62,886 bases of DNA, filler included, from Collodictyon triciliatum (GCA_043381765.1; 6 parts of 6 records of this genome joined end to end with filler, not necessarily neighbours in it), one strand, 5' to 3'. Counted from the first letter of the whole stretch, positions 1-13,235 are shown. The notes: generated from the letters alone by a model not told the origin. Program-made: numbers and translations.

Positions 1-106
1 AAGATGAAAGATGAAAGATGAAAGATGAAAGATGAAAGATGAAAGATGAAAGATGAAAGATGAAAGATGAAAGATGAAAGATGAAAGATGAAAGATGAAA
101 GATGAA
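1..106. repeat. (GATGAAA)n microsatellite
   Basis: Perfect 7-mer tandem array at the window start. Confidence 0.95.
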
Positions 107-1216
107 GGATAAAATAGCTAAGGATTTTAGGTAATTGCACAAGTTGGATGGGATGTCGTTCGCTCAGTTCAATCTCCACAGGAAATATATACTGTAAAAA
201 TTAACTTACGAAACAAGAATATCTCGCACACAAAATACCTTCGAAGGTTTACATGAGACAACAAAATAATATCGAATACTTGCATGTTATGACTATGCAA
301 GGGAATCTTTACTAATGTAGGTTTTATCCCTTGAACGCGCGAGATACACACAATCCAGCTCTCCTGTCATAGGTCGCGTAACTCTAGCAACACAGCTGAT
401 ACAGTATAATAAAAATCTTATGTAAAACAAAGAAAATCGAACGTATCATCGCACGCCTCTTTACTAGCGAGATATTTCCAGCGAGAGGCTTTTCTCGCAA
501 CGAGGCAACCAAAAAGATCTTTGGAGAACCGCATCAATCGAAAATACGAGATTAACTGCAGCGAGTGCGCCCCTTTGTAATATTTACGACCCGACATGCA
601 ATCTAGTGACGTATGTAACAAAGCACCACAACTGTCAGGACACAAAAAAAAAGGAAGAAAAACAAAAGAAAAAAAGCGCTATCAAAACTCGAGGATATCA
701 ACTCGTGGCAGAATCACGAAAAGGTGTGTCTATACGAGAACGATGATGTCTTGGCGAGCGACAGTGATCTCTTTCAATCATAACGAAAGTCGCTGATGCC
801 AAGAGAGCTCAGGCACATAAAAACGCCGCGTGTCCTTCTAGAACTATCCTAATATCTCAATCTATTCAACGCTCACCCACCAGTGCGTTGCTGCGCAGCG
901 TATACTATGGAGCCTGTCCTTTGTTGTTTTTGTTGCCTTCCTCACTTTTCGTGCTGCTCTAACAATTGGGTGCCTCTCTATGAGCCGCAGACTCGTAAAT
1001 GGAGCTTTGATTTATATCTGTTACTTTCCTCGCACGCACACCTCTATACAACCGAGTATACATTATAGATTACTTTTTTTTTATTCTATTTTTCTTGAAG
1101 TCATGAGTTCTCTTGTGACTCGACACTTGAGGGACCACAAAACTCGTCAAAGTTCTCCACCACACACAAACGGACAATGACTGGCTCGCACATTCATACA
1201 CACGCACTTATATATA

Positions 1217-1895
1217 AACAAAAAACAGAAAAACAGAAAAACAGAAAAACAGAAAAACAGAAAAACAGAAAAACAGAAAAACAGAAAAACAGAAAAACAG
1301 AAAAACAGAAAAACAGAAAANNNNNNNNNNNNNNNNNNNNNNNNNNNNNNNNNNNNNNNNNNNNNNNNNNNNNNNNNNNNNNNNNNNNNNNNNNNNNNNN
1401 NNNNNNNNNNNNNNNNNNNNNNNNNNNNNNNNNNNNNNNNNNNNNNNNNNNNNNNNNNNNNNNNNNNNNNNNNNNNNNNNNNNNNNNNNNNNNNNNNNNN
1501 NNNNNNNNNNNNNNNNNNNNNNNNNNNNNNNNNNNNNNNNNNNNNNNNNNNNNNNNNNNNNNNNNNNNNNNNNNNNNNNNNNNNNNNNNNNNNNNNNNNN
1601 NNNNNNNNNNNNNNNCAAAATAAAAAACAAAATAAAAAACAAAATAAAAATAAAAAAAAAAAATAAAAAATAAAAAATAAAAAATAAAAAATAAAAAATA
1701 AAAAATAAAAAATAAAAAATAAAAAATAAAAAATAAAAAAACAAAATTAAAAAAACAAAATTAAAAAAACAAAATAAAAAAACAAAATAAAAAAACAAAA
1801 TAAAAAAAACAAAATAAAAAAACAAAATAAAAAACAAAATAAAAAAAACAAAATAAAAAACAAAATAAAAAAAAACAAAACAAAAAAACAAAAAA
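1217..1895. repeat. A-rich tandem arrays ((AAAAACAG)n, then (AAAAAAT)n/(AAAAAACAAAAT)n-like) around an N gap
   Basis: Read directly; gap at 1321-1614. Confidence 0.9.
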
Positions 1896-1917
1896 CAATC
1901 TATTATAGACTCTGCCT

Positions 1918-4415
1918 ATGACTTTGTCCGGCTCAGCAGGTGCTGCTTCGCAGTCTCTTTCAGCAACAGGAATGAATAACAGTCCCGATCAAAAGCAAAG
2001 TGTCGAATGGCATTACTACCTCCTTAATTGGACAAAGTACTTTGTAGCAGGTGGGATTGCTGGTGCCTCGGCGAAGTCCTTTGTTGCTCCTTTAGAGAGG
2101 TAGAGTCCATTCATTTTTTATATATAAATTCCATGTTCTTCTATTCTAAACTTTTTTCTTTTCCACTTTGATTTGAATAAAAGAAACTTTTTTATTTTTC
2201 CTTTAAAATTCCTTTCTTCAATATATGATTTATATATTTTTCTAATATTTGAATCGTCTATATTTAACTATACATATGCCATTTCTTGAGTATTTCAATT
2301 TATCTTATTTTCCTTATTCAAGACCTACATAAATGCATCGATTATATTTTCATACCTTTATGACTACTCTTGTACCACTACCTCACTTCCGACAATATAT
2401 ATCTTTCTGGACATACACTATATCCTGCCATTATCCTCAGTGATTATGCATTTATTATTATACCTCAATACTATTATTTCGGATTTTTTCAACTATCGGC
2501 AACGTACAAAAAGGGTCAAGATTCTACTTCAGGTGAGCTCAATTTATTCTCCCATTCAACGTACTTTGTCAACACAGTATTCACACGGAGTATATCCCAG
2601 GTCGATGGAATTCGGCCAGCGGGACAAGAACGGATGACTTCATATGGAATTCGTTCCACCCTGGCGAATATATATCAGAAGCAAGGATTTCTTTCTCTCT
2701 GGTCAGGAAATGGTGTCAGTATGATGCGCATTTTCCCTTACGCAGCCATCCAGTTTTCTGCTCACGAGTTCTTTAAATCCGTAATGAGCTCCAACTCATA
2801 TAAAATCTGTGTATGCCCATGTCAATGCTCGACCTATGAATTTATATATTGGCTCTTGGGAAATTGCACAACTAATTGATATAACCCAGGCGATGATGAA
2901 AGAGGGAGAGTCAAACTTGCCTCCGGTGAAGAGATTGTTGGCAGGGTCTATGGCTGGGGTAGTTTCTGTCATATCAACTTATCCTCTGGATGTTCTGAGG
3001 ACACGATTTGCTGCAAATGTAACCTCGTCATTAATGGCCTTTTATATATACACGCACCTGTTTTCCTCTTTGTAATCCATTTATTTGAAATTTTGTGGTT
3101 TTAATGGATTTCGTTTTTTTTTTTTTTATGGAAAAAATAGTCCAGCAAAGGAGGTCACCAATCGCTACGCGAATCCGTCAAGATTATGATAAAGAATGAA
3201 GGGTACGGGGCCTTTGTAAAAGGAATTTGGCCTACTTTGTTGGTATATTTTAGAAGTCATTGGTACCTTAAGCGTTGAAATATATCCTTTTAGACCCATC
3301 TGCTCGATAATTTTTTTTTTTAAAAAAAAAATGGAAAAATTGCTGTTGAGACATATGATATTACTTATCATTAATTTTATATATTGATCTTATAATAGGG
3401 AATCATTCCTTATGCTGGAATTAATTATTTTACATTCGAAAGCCTGAAAATGATTGCACCCAAGAAGCCCGTACTTATTATTCTTGCCTTTCATTAGCTT
3501 CTTCCATTCTAAAAATATCATAATTGTCCACGATAAACACTACTCATATTCTTTCATGATTTTTTTTAAACACATATACATCACAAATTGCTTTAATCAC
3601 ATTTATGCGTTAAAAGGACTCGGACACATTGACTTTTACAGCGAGTCTTGTTTGTGGCTCTCTTTCTGGGCTTGTTGGACAAACAGGTTGGTAGAGGGAC
3701 TTGTCCAAATGAAAACTCATGAATAATTATTAAAGTGGTTTTTGTTAAGTTTGCAAGGAGTGTTCATGAAAATTAGTAAACGCATCTATGAAGCATGCAG
3801 GATGGGCATTGTGATGAAAATAAAAATAAATATGCATAGTGACATACCCGTTGGATGTTGTGCGCCGAAGGATGCAGTTGGAGGGAATGTTCCACAAGCA
3901 GCCACTCTATTCGAACACATTTAACGCTATTTTCACCATATTGAAGACCGAGGGAGTTCAAGGTATTTCTATATTTAACTGCTCATCTTTATCAATGTGG
4001 TATATATCTTTGACTATTTTCCTTGTATGCACAAAAGATGATGTTATTATTTAAATTTCTGATAAATTAACGTCATTGTATTTATTGATTAAATATCCTG
4101 GTGTAAAGGAATGTTCAGAGGGCTCACATTAAATTATCTCCGCGTTGCTCCTGGTGGGTTAAATATCCTGCATATACTTACACATTCTTTATACACCTAC
4201 AAACCTATTACACAATCTTCATTTTAAAATGCCTTGTTGTCTATTTAATCTCAGAAAACACTTATTCGTTCGATTTCTCTTTCCATTATTCTATTTAGTA
4301 ATTGCATTGATTTAATTATATCACAGCGGTTACAATAAGTTTCACCGTTTACGAGCATCTGAAGCATATTCTCAAACCGGACCCGAATATCAGCGTGAGG
4401 TTCTCCACTGGATGA
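1918..4415 (+). CDS. SLC25A42: Mitochondrial carrier (SLC25), CoA-transporter-like (SLC25A42/LEU5 group), 10 exons
   Basis: Spliced exons (~1918-2099, 2514-2532, 2601-2780, 2891-3018, 3141-3242, 3399-3470, 3617-3686, 3840-3962, 4109-4153, 4327-4415) give three carrier signatures (APLERVKILLQ, YPLDVLRTR, YPLDVVRRRMQ) and SLWSGNGVSMMRIFPYAAIQFSAHEFFK. Ends in TGA. Confidence 0.88.
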
Positions 4416-5199
4416 AACTGTGGTACAAAGAAACTGGCAAAAAGGAAAGGAAGACTATATACCAAACACTGGTGATGCTTTATGCGGATGGATGCAACCT
4501 ATCCGGCTCTTGCATCGGCGCAGTTCATAACCAAATTTTATAGGCATCTTCATCGTTCCTTGTTTTTTTTTCTAAAAAAATACTATTCATTTGTCTATGT
4601 CTCCCTCCAAACTTTATTTTTTTCTCATCCCCCTTTTTTTTTTTCAACTCCGGAAAGAAAAGTACAGACTCTTCATTTGTGAATAGCTCGGTAGAGATTA
4701 CGATACAGTTTGTGATTGCCTTATGATTTGATGGGACTTTCCTACTCTCCTCCTCAAATGCCACAACCTAAACTATTCCCAATACTCTCTTCACTCCACA
4801 ACCAGAAGGGATAAATAAAATGATACGCAGTCACTTGACATCAAATCATATGGACATGATATTCAAACCAAATGCAGTGGCCAGATTGAAATACTTGTCC
4901 CAATTTTCTTTGTCGGTTTAGTTGTTTTATTTCAGACTAATGCATAGGTAGTGAGACAAAAAGACATGAAAGCAAACTTTTAGGAAGCGTGCGTAGTATA
5001 CTGCTTAGCAGCGAGGATAAAAAAAACTTGGAGTAATCGGACATTACCTTTTCATGGAGAATAAGCGATTTTCCTTCCAGTATTTGAAAGAAGGACGGTG
5101 ATTTGAATGGTATCTAGGAGGGTGACATAGGCTCTTTCTCTCTTGAGCTTAAAGTTGATGTTGTCGTACTCGGTTGGCCACGACTTTGATATCAGCTCG

Positions 5200-7448
5200 C
5201 TATTGAATAGTGTCGCGTGGGAAAATCCCAGCGCGTTCAAAAATCTGCTTGTTCAGTTTCTTTTCAGCCTCGCTCATTGAAACACACTCCTTCTTCTTTC
5301 TGGCTTGTTCAGAACTAAAAAAAGGGCATGAAATAAAAAGCAGCAAAGTTACAAATTGCTCATTTCTTTCTTTTGTATAAATACAGGCTTCCATATTTCA
5401 TCGCAACAAAAGTAACTCATACTGATATTTGTCTATTTCTGTAAATCCATGAATATATATATATATATCCACCTCATTTGTTCTTTAAGTTGTCGTGCGT
5501 ATTCCAGGCTTTTCTCGTGAGCCTCTTTCCTTGCGAGTTCCTCAGCTTTTTTTCGTAGCTCATTTTCTGCACGCCAGTACTCTCCTAGTCGAGCCTTTTC
5601 TTCCTTTTCTTTCTTCTTCATTTCCTTTCGATTGATATGATTGCATATAATTTGTAAATTTAGTGTCCTGAAAAAAGGAGAAAAAAGAAGAAAATCTGTC
5701 AATACTACACAATATTTCCCTCTTTCTTGAAATGTGATTACTTCTTTCAGTGTGGATGCTTCCTGATTGGATCGCACCACTTCATCTTGAGCGTGAAGTA
5801 TCTGATGAATTCGGCGAAGTTCGTCCTCTTTCAATCTCCGTTCATACTCCTCAACTTCTTGTTGTGCCTTCACCTCATCCTATCAGCATCATGCGTGTTG
5901 ACAAGTCAAATTATCTGGTGTTTTAAGGGTATGAAGATTTGTCTTTATATAAGGGAGCTGATTATACAATTTGATGCGTACTTCGTAGGCTTTCTGTGCC
6001 ATCGTTTTTTCAGGGCAATACTTCACTGCGGCTGTGCGGCGTATTCTGTTTTCTTTTCTTTTATGTATATGGTCATCGACTACAGATTTCTAAAATTTGA
6101 GTGAACTGGTTTAATATTTTTTTATGCGGAAAAATATCTGATCAAATATATGAATGAATCAATCAATCATTATCATTTGCGGAAAAAATCATGCATATAT
6201 AACATGAATACCATTTTTTCATACAGTTCGACATTCTTTTTCATTTCATTGCGTTCCTCTTCGAGTTCACGCGAGATTCTTTCTTTGCGAGCAAGCCTTT
6301 TCTCCTCATTTTCCTGAAGCCCCTTCTTCATTTCCTCATAATTCTACAATAAATAAAAGAAACAATCAATTGACAATCCTTTTTTTTAAAAGTTTAATGA
6401 TTAAGTAGAAAAATTCACTTGAAATCTGTTCGTATCAGAAAGTATCATGCCAAAATAAAGAAACAAAAAGGTTACGTGTCGTGCTTCTTGAATATGAAGG
6501 TTATGGTGATGCTTTAAAGTTTCAGGGAAAAAATTGATGATATGTTCAGCCAAAAGCAAAACAACAAACAAAAACAATCGGTTGATATGAATGCTATTGA
6601 TATGTGTATATTTAAAATAAATTTATCTATGGTTAGCGTCCAGTAAAAAAATATATCACCATGATGTTTTCTTGAACCCATTTCGCATATTTCTGTTGTT
6701 GCTCAAAATCAGCTCGAATGGCTTCCGATCGAGTATGCTGCATTCCTTCAATCTCCTTCAAGCGTTCATTTCTAGCTTGTGATGTTTTGAATTCCTGTAA
6801 CCGTAGTTCCTCATCCTCCTTTGTCTTGGCTAATTGCAGACTCTCATACAGTTCTCTTTCGTAGTAATGATCCATCTCTTTATCTTCCTGAATTCGATGT
6901 TTTCTGTACTGGACCTGTATTGAACTTTGCATTTAATTTTCAAGTAATGGTATATAGTAGCGATGAAAGCAAACGTAGAAAATGATCAAAGACCTGCATG
7001 TCAAGGTCACTGCGCATAGAAATTTGGTCTTCTTTAGCCTTCTCACGTGCTTGTAATTGATGTGTAAAATCCAGATGAACATTTGCAGCTATTAAAGCAC
7101 CCCAGTCATTTTCGCTGTCTACAGACAAAACGAATATATTGGAATATTTTAGGGTTGAGATATACCAGTTTGAGAAAAGGTAAAAACAAAATAAAATAAT
7201 AACTGAAATAAAAATAGGTAAATAGAAGACGGAAAAAAAAGGAGGAGAAGCAACAACGAAAATGAATGAAAAAAATTGTGAGGAAAATAGCGGAATATTA
7301 ACGAATGCTTGGCCAAAAATTAATTAGGATAGTTTATAGAGGTTACCATAAACAGAGTATGGAGCAGTTGGCGATTCTATGGGATGATTTTCGTTGGTGC
7401 TGCTTATTGGTGGGAGCCTTTCTTCACTTACATAGCCCTGTGAAAAAC

Positions 7449-7510
<62 letters not shown>

Positions 7511-8977
7511 AAAAGAAAAAAGAAAAAAAGAAAAAAAAGAAAAAAAGAAAAAAAAGAAATATTAGAAAAGTAGAAATAAAAGAAAAATGCAGAAATATTA
7601 GAAAAGTAGAAAAGTAAAGAGGGAAGAAATCATACGATTTAGCTTGACTCAGACTTTGAAACTAAATATGGAAATTATATATGGAAAAAAGTGATATATA
7701 ATTCCACATTATTTTTTGGATGAAAATTGAAATTGAAGCATCAAACATATTGGCCATCTCCGTGTCTGCTCATTGGGGGGACGAGTGGCCCAAGTCTGTC
7801 TCTATCTTCGTCGTTTTCTGTCTCTGTAGCTCCTATCGCCCTCTCATAAAACTCCTTTTTAATCTTTGCTACATGATATAAATATATATCTCAGAATCAT
7901 AGCAGTCTAACTAATTTGAACAGAATATTCCCAGGAATTTTAATATATAAAGAAATTATTTCTTAAAACAAGAGGTAAAGATGAAAATCATCTAAAAATA
8001 TATACATATATCGATAGAGTGACAAAATCGAATTGGGAGGTTTTTAACTGACCAATTTTTTTGTTAATCTTTTCCAAGTCGCTCGTCATAATGTTCGGCA
8101 GCAGACCTAGCTCATCAATGGCCGCGACAATCAGATCTTGCAACTCCTTTGGCATGTCCTACACAAAACCAAACAAATCAAAACAAACCAAAATTAAAAC
8201 AAATAAAACAAAATAAAACAAAATAAAACAAAATAAAACAAAATAAAACAAAATAAGAAGAATTAACGAGGACAGGATATAAGAAAATCCAATTAAAACC
8301 ATACAAAGAAATGTCAACACAAAGAGAAGAAAAAAACAAAGACAAAATCCGAAACTGTTGTCTTTTCCAACTATAATTAATTAATTAATATTTTTTTGCA
8401 AGAGAGAGAGAGAGATAGATAGAGGGAGACACGGAAACCAAAGAGCAGCCTGGGGGGGACAACACACCGGAACAACAAACTTCCGGCGGAGCTTTGCCAG
8501 GAGCGTGTCCTTGCCCTTCTCCAGCAGCAGCGCCTTCTGCAGCCGCGCCCGCCGCCCTTCGGACATGGCCGAGAGCGCAGAGACGGGCGAGACGGAGGAG
8601 ACGGGCGAGACGGGGGCGGAAAGCGGGCCGCTGCGAGCCGCAAGTGAGGGCAGCAGCGCCGTGCCGAGCGGAGCCAGCGAGCCGAGCGGCGACTTTGCCG
8701 GGGTCTGGTTTGTGTGGAAGGACGCGGCGTGGACAAAGCCCGTCCCCGGACGCGAGACAAGCACCACCCCGGCGGGAGACGCAGAGGCCGACCGCGCACT
8801 CGGCAGGACGCCCGCCGCGCCCGTTGCTGCTGCCGCTGTCCTTGCGGGCCCCGTTGCAACCGCCGGCAGAGTCTCCTTGCGTCCGCGGGTGTCGCTCGGC
8901 CTCTGCGTCTCCTGCTGCGGCGCGTGGGCGCGGGCGGCGGTCAGGCCGAAGATGTCTCCCGTGGCGCTTGGGTCCAT
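5200..8977 (-). CDS. Multi-exon coiled-coil protein, function unknown (possibly cilia-associated)
   Basis: GC-rich first exon (8977-8472), then GT-AG-bounded E/K/R/Q-rich exons (DWGALIAANV, KAQQEVEEYERRLKEDELRR, MSEAEKKLNKQIFERAG) down to TAG at 5200. Some internal boundaries are approximate. Confidence 0.7.
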
Positions 8978-9062
8978 GTGGCGGCTCGCTGGTTGCTTGG
9001 CTGGCTGTGTGTTTGTGCTTGTGTGGTTGTGCTTGTGTGGTTGTGTGTTTTTTGTTTTTTGG

Positions 9063-9520
9063 TATTATAATATGTTCATTATGTACTTTTTTCTCTAGTC
9101 TGAACTATCCTTTTTTTCTCATATTGTTTCATTTGTTTGTTCTTTTTTCTTTTATTGTTTCTTTTGTTCTTTTTTTTGTTATTATTGTTTCTTTTGTTCT
9201 TTTTTGTTATTATAATATGTTCATTGTGTACCTCTTTCTCTTGCCCGATCTCTCCTTTTTTTTCTCACATTGTTTCTTATGTTTCTCTCTTTTGTCTGAT
9301 ACCCTTGTACATATTGTTTGTTCTTTTTTCTTTTATTGTTTCTTTTGTTCTTTTTTTGTTATTATAATATGTTCATTGTGTACCTCTTTCTCTTGCCCGA
9401 TCTCTCCTTTTTTTTCTCATATTGTTACTTTTTTTTTTCTCCCTTTTGTCTGATACCCTTGTACATATTGTTTGTTCTTTATTCTTTTATTGATTCTTTT
9501 TGTTCTTTTTTCTTTTGTTT
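9063..9520. repeat. About 150-bp tandem repeat, about 3 copies
   Basis: ATTATAATATGTTCATT recurs near 9064, 9209 and 9361. Copies 2 and 3 share TACCTCTTTCTCTTGCCCGATCTCTCC and TTTGTCTGATACCCTTGTACATATTGTTTG. Confidence 0.85.
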
Positions 9521-9559
9521 CTGATTCGGCAGATCGCAATCATCTGGTGTTATTGTTCC

Positions 9560-10118
9560 AGTTATGGATAATAAGTCGTTGCAACGGGAATTTTGTTAGT
9601 CCTCTTTAGGTAAAGGTGTTCGGTAGTGCGCGTTGTGATGAGAGCACCTTCGCGCATCATTTTTCGGTGTGGATATGACGACATTGTGATGGAACTTCTA
9701 ACAATAGTGGCAGTGACGCGAGGCCATTTGCTATGGACTATGTGGATAGCGCGCATATACTCACGCAAAGCAAGATTCAACAACCAGCCACCCATTCCTG
9801 ATAACAGACCGGATGACATCATACAAATGCTTTTCTTAAGGGCTTCCTTCGCCACCTGCACGTTCTCTACTATTCAGACCCTGTGAGAAGAGACATGTGG
9901 AAAGAAGCAGAGAAAGATATTAAACCTCGCCTTGTATCTCTCATGCAAGCACAAGGCCCAGGCTACAGGCCAAACCGCAGGATGCAATTCCTGATTACCG
10001 ACTACTTCTCCGCCACCCGGCCAACAAGTAGCGTCCATGCAAACGATGACTATCGAACCAAAGCCAACATCTTCACCATCCTGCACAAAATTGAAATGAA
10101 GAAAAAGGAAGAAAAAAA
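9560..10118 (+). mobile_element. Degenerate 3' portion of a non-LTR retrotransposon (L1/Tx1-like)
   Basis: LLWTMWIARIYSRKARFNN resembles the W-x-I-W-x-x-R-N-x-x-x-F C-terminal motif of L1-clade ORF2. Terminal 10041-10102 recurs at 46335-46394 and 58760-58788 and is followed by an A-rich tail. Confidence 0.65.
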
Positions 10119-10235
10119 TGGACCCGAATAAGTGATACGCCGCATCGCGCGTATTACAAAGTCTCACCTCCAAAAAAAAATGGGAGAAGCAAGATACCCA
10201 TCCACGCAGAACGTTGAGCAGCGAGTACCAAAACA

Positions 10236-10787
10236 ATGACGGCAGCGACGACCAGCAAGCGAACAAAGACACAGAGCACCGCGACACAGAATGGGGCCTG
10301 GGTAGGAGACTCGGGTCGAACTGAAGCAACTGCTCCACCTCGGAATCCCCACAGTATTGACAAATCTGCTGCTGACTCTACTGCATACTACGACCGGATG
10401 ATGGTGGGCACCAAGGCAAGAATGAGCTGGCAGCAGCAGCGCTGGGCAACACATGGTTCAAACTGTCGTGGTTCTTTTGTGTCTGCATGAGTACCTATCT
10501 CGACACCCTGGGGACATGATGCAGCCATTGCGCGGCTGACGGGCGACTACTGCCTCTGGCTGATTCTCGGGGTGTCGTTTCTCGTTGTGACCACGGTCCT
10601 GCAGAAGCACCAGCAGGCGCAAGGCCGTATGGCTCCGTGTCTGGCCCTGGGCCCTGCTGCCAACCTCTTCAACATCCTAGCAAACTATGCACTCATCTGC
10701 ACTGCGGAACTCGGTCTCACAGGCACAGCCATGGCGACGTCTCTGATGCGCACGATGCTCAGAGCGAGCTTTTCCTGGTGGGTGTGA
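10236..10787 (+). pseudogene. MATE-family transporter pseudogene (intronless, frameshifted, internally deleted)
   Basis: Across frameshifts: ELKQLLHLGIPTVLTNLLL / DRMMVG / GKNELAAAALGNTWF...CMSTYLDTL, then LQKHQQAQGRMAP...ANLFNILANYALI...LGLTGTAMATSL. Confidence 0.8.
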
Positions 10788-10790
10788 CAG

Positions 10791-11402
10791 ATGGACGTAT
10801 GCGGCGAGGCAGCAGCCGGGGTCATGGCTGCGCTGGAGGTCTCGAGCTTCCAAGGAGCCGCGGTTCTGGCCGAGGCGGCGGGTGGCATTGTTGCGCTGGA
10901 TGCCCACATCATCCTCCTGACCGTCTACATCCTGCTCTACGTGGCGCTGGCCATCTGCGTGGCTGTCCTTGTCGGGCTTGTGCTGCTGCCCTTCGTTGCG
11001 ACCCAATCCATCTTGCGCGTGCCTATGTGCCTGCGGCCTTCACCAGCAATGTGCGGCCGCCCTCATCTCAGTCGGCACCCTCTTCCACATAGCCGACAGG
11101 CTGCAAGGCATCGCGGTCTGGGCCGTCACTGTCTGGTTGCCGTCTGGTATCTTCTCGGCTACTCGCTCGTCGCTGTGTCTCTGGCGGCACTCCTGGCCTT
11201 ACGCCTCCCTTTCCTGCCCGACCTCTGCATCGGCCTCGTCGGCATCTTGTGGGCGCTCTTTACCGTCGCATTAGCCCCCACGGACAGGCACGCTTGCGCC
11301 CACGGCGCCCCTACTTATCTCCTTCAGGACGTCTGCAGCAGTGCACGGCTATCCGTCCCAATCAATGATTCTTTGGTAGGCGTAAAGTCGCAAAAATTGT
11401 AA
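10791..11402 (+). pseudogene. GC-rich, intronless hydrophobic ORF, probable decayed membrane-protein copy
   Basis: 203-aa ORF with several TM-like stretches and signs of a frame switch near 11050-11170. Family not recognised. Confidence 0.35.
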
Positions 11403-12666
11403 GGTCTTCCATTCTCTTCTTTCTCCTCCTGCTCTGTTATTGATGCCAATACAAATATATGTTCCGGTCTGTGCTCTCTGGGGTTGATTATGGCTGAAAG
11501 GAGACAAAGTGCTCTGTGGGTGCAGGATTAAGTGTATGGGATGATTTCTTAACAAATTAAGGTTTGGTATTCATCCTCAGCTCTGTATGACTCGGGTAGT
11601 GAAGGAAATAAATATAAATATAAAATGATATTGATATATACTTAATACTGGCTTTGGTACCTGTGCTTCGCTTCGGAATGGGTGAAAATAAAAAAAAGAA
11701 AACATAGAAACGGATGAACGAACCATACACTTGATACTGAGCACTATATTCATAATTATGTTGCTCTCTGTGACTTGATGGTTAGAACATGAAGCTTACT
11801 AGCCCTTTCATCAGGCCTTTCTTGTTCTCTTCGGTTCATTGCGCGGATTGCTTGGTCATGAAGCCATTCTTCTATTTGATGCAGTGTCTCCTTTGCTTTC
11901 TTTGCCTCTCGTAAACCTGCATCATCGCTAGTCCGGTTTCCCTTTTTTTCAGGCGACTCATTATGCTCCTCATTTTGCAGCCGCTTTTTTCTCATTTTCT
12001 TCTCAAATTATGGGAATTTACTTGGTCGTCGCTCATGCAGATAGGATGACGAAATGACCTTTCTGCTTATCTTATTGCTCAGTCAAATCGAACTAATTAG
12101 TTTTATATGTATGCCATTCGATATTCAAACTTCTTAACACAATATCAGCATGAAAAGCCGTCAATCATGTATCTCAATCTTTTCAAATGACATAAAACTT
12201 ACATTTTTTTTTTACGGAGCTGTCTTAATCCACTTCATTAAGGTGAATATACTTGAATTGACTATTATTCCTAGGGGAAAAGAAAGGTATAAACTTGTCG
12301 CGCCTAATTAAAAGTAATATGGATGGGCTCTATATGGGAGTAGGACGGCCTTGGAAGGACGCTGAGAACTCCGGCAGCCACCATGGAGCAATTATACGCA
12401 GCATCGGGCACAGCATTTAGATGGAGAGCTTGAAGTGTACCAGGCGCCACGCAACCACCAGCCGCGCCAGCGAAATCTCCAACAAGTACCGGCTCTCGTA
12501 TATACCTTTCGCCTGGAAGACCCGAAAGATGTTATCCGCGGTAAACTTTTACAGGTGCTCCATAAACACCTGCCGCGCTCCGATCTTGAGTGCCTTATCG
12601 TGCACTGCACTTCGAAAGTCATTATTTTCAGAGTGGGATTTTTTTGGTCGTGTGTCTTGAGCCTTT

Positions 12667-12809
12667 CTTTTTTACTTTTTTGCTTTTTTACTTTTTTTAC
12701 TTTTTTTACTTTTTTTTACTTTTTTTTACTTTTTTTTACTTTTTTTTACTTTTTTTTACTTTTTTTTACTTTTTTTTACTTTTTTTCTTTTTTTTCTTTT
12801 TTTTCTTTC
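12667..12809. repeat. (T7-8AC)n degenerate microsatellite
   Basis: Read directly. Confidence 0.9.
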
Positions 12810-13135
12810 TCCGGTGTGAAGCACGGTACCACAGCTAGTCAGTAAATAAGAACCAACGCGAAGAAAGTTTTTCTTTTCCAAATTAGGGTGATAAATTAGC
12901 CACAAATCTTGAACCATTCAAAGAAATAGAGCAAATTCTGAACAAAATACACAGCACCTTTTAGATAACTGGCGCCATTTTAACCAACGTTGCTGTTCTA
13001 TTTCGGGTCATTAGCTATTTTTACTATCATCATAGCATTCAGTAGCCCCGATTCCTTGGGTTGTGGGGTTGTACTGATTAGCGCACGCGGTGGATGTGTG
13101 CATTCTGAATACCGAACAATTAATGAAATTCTGTG

Positions 13136-13235
13136 NNNNNNNNNNNNNNNNNNNNNNNNNNNNNNNNNNNNNNNNNNNNTTAATTAATTAANNNNNNNNN
13201 NNNNNNNNNNNNNNNNNNNNNNNNNNNNNNNNNNN
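13136..13235. other. Artificial contig-join spacer (N44-TTAATTAATTAA-N44)
   Basis: Six-frame-stop 12-mer at 13180-13191 inside Ns. Confidence 0.95.

Noticed and set aside
110..1180. Gene upstream of the carrier
   Set aside because: There are exon-like patches but no consistent spliced frame or recognisable protein.
9063..9520. CRISPR-like array
   Set aside because: Eukaryotic context, and whole units repeat with no unique spacers.
13000..13120. Hammerhead ribozyme
   Set aside because: The core is incomplete (CTGATTA, with no correctly placed GAAA).
13180..13191. TTAATTAATTAA as a biological palindrome or piggyBac site
   Set aside because: It is always centred in exactly 100 nt with Ns, so it is an assembly linker.
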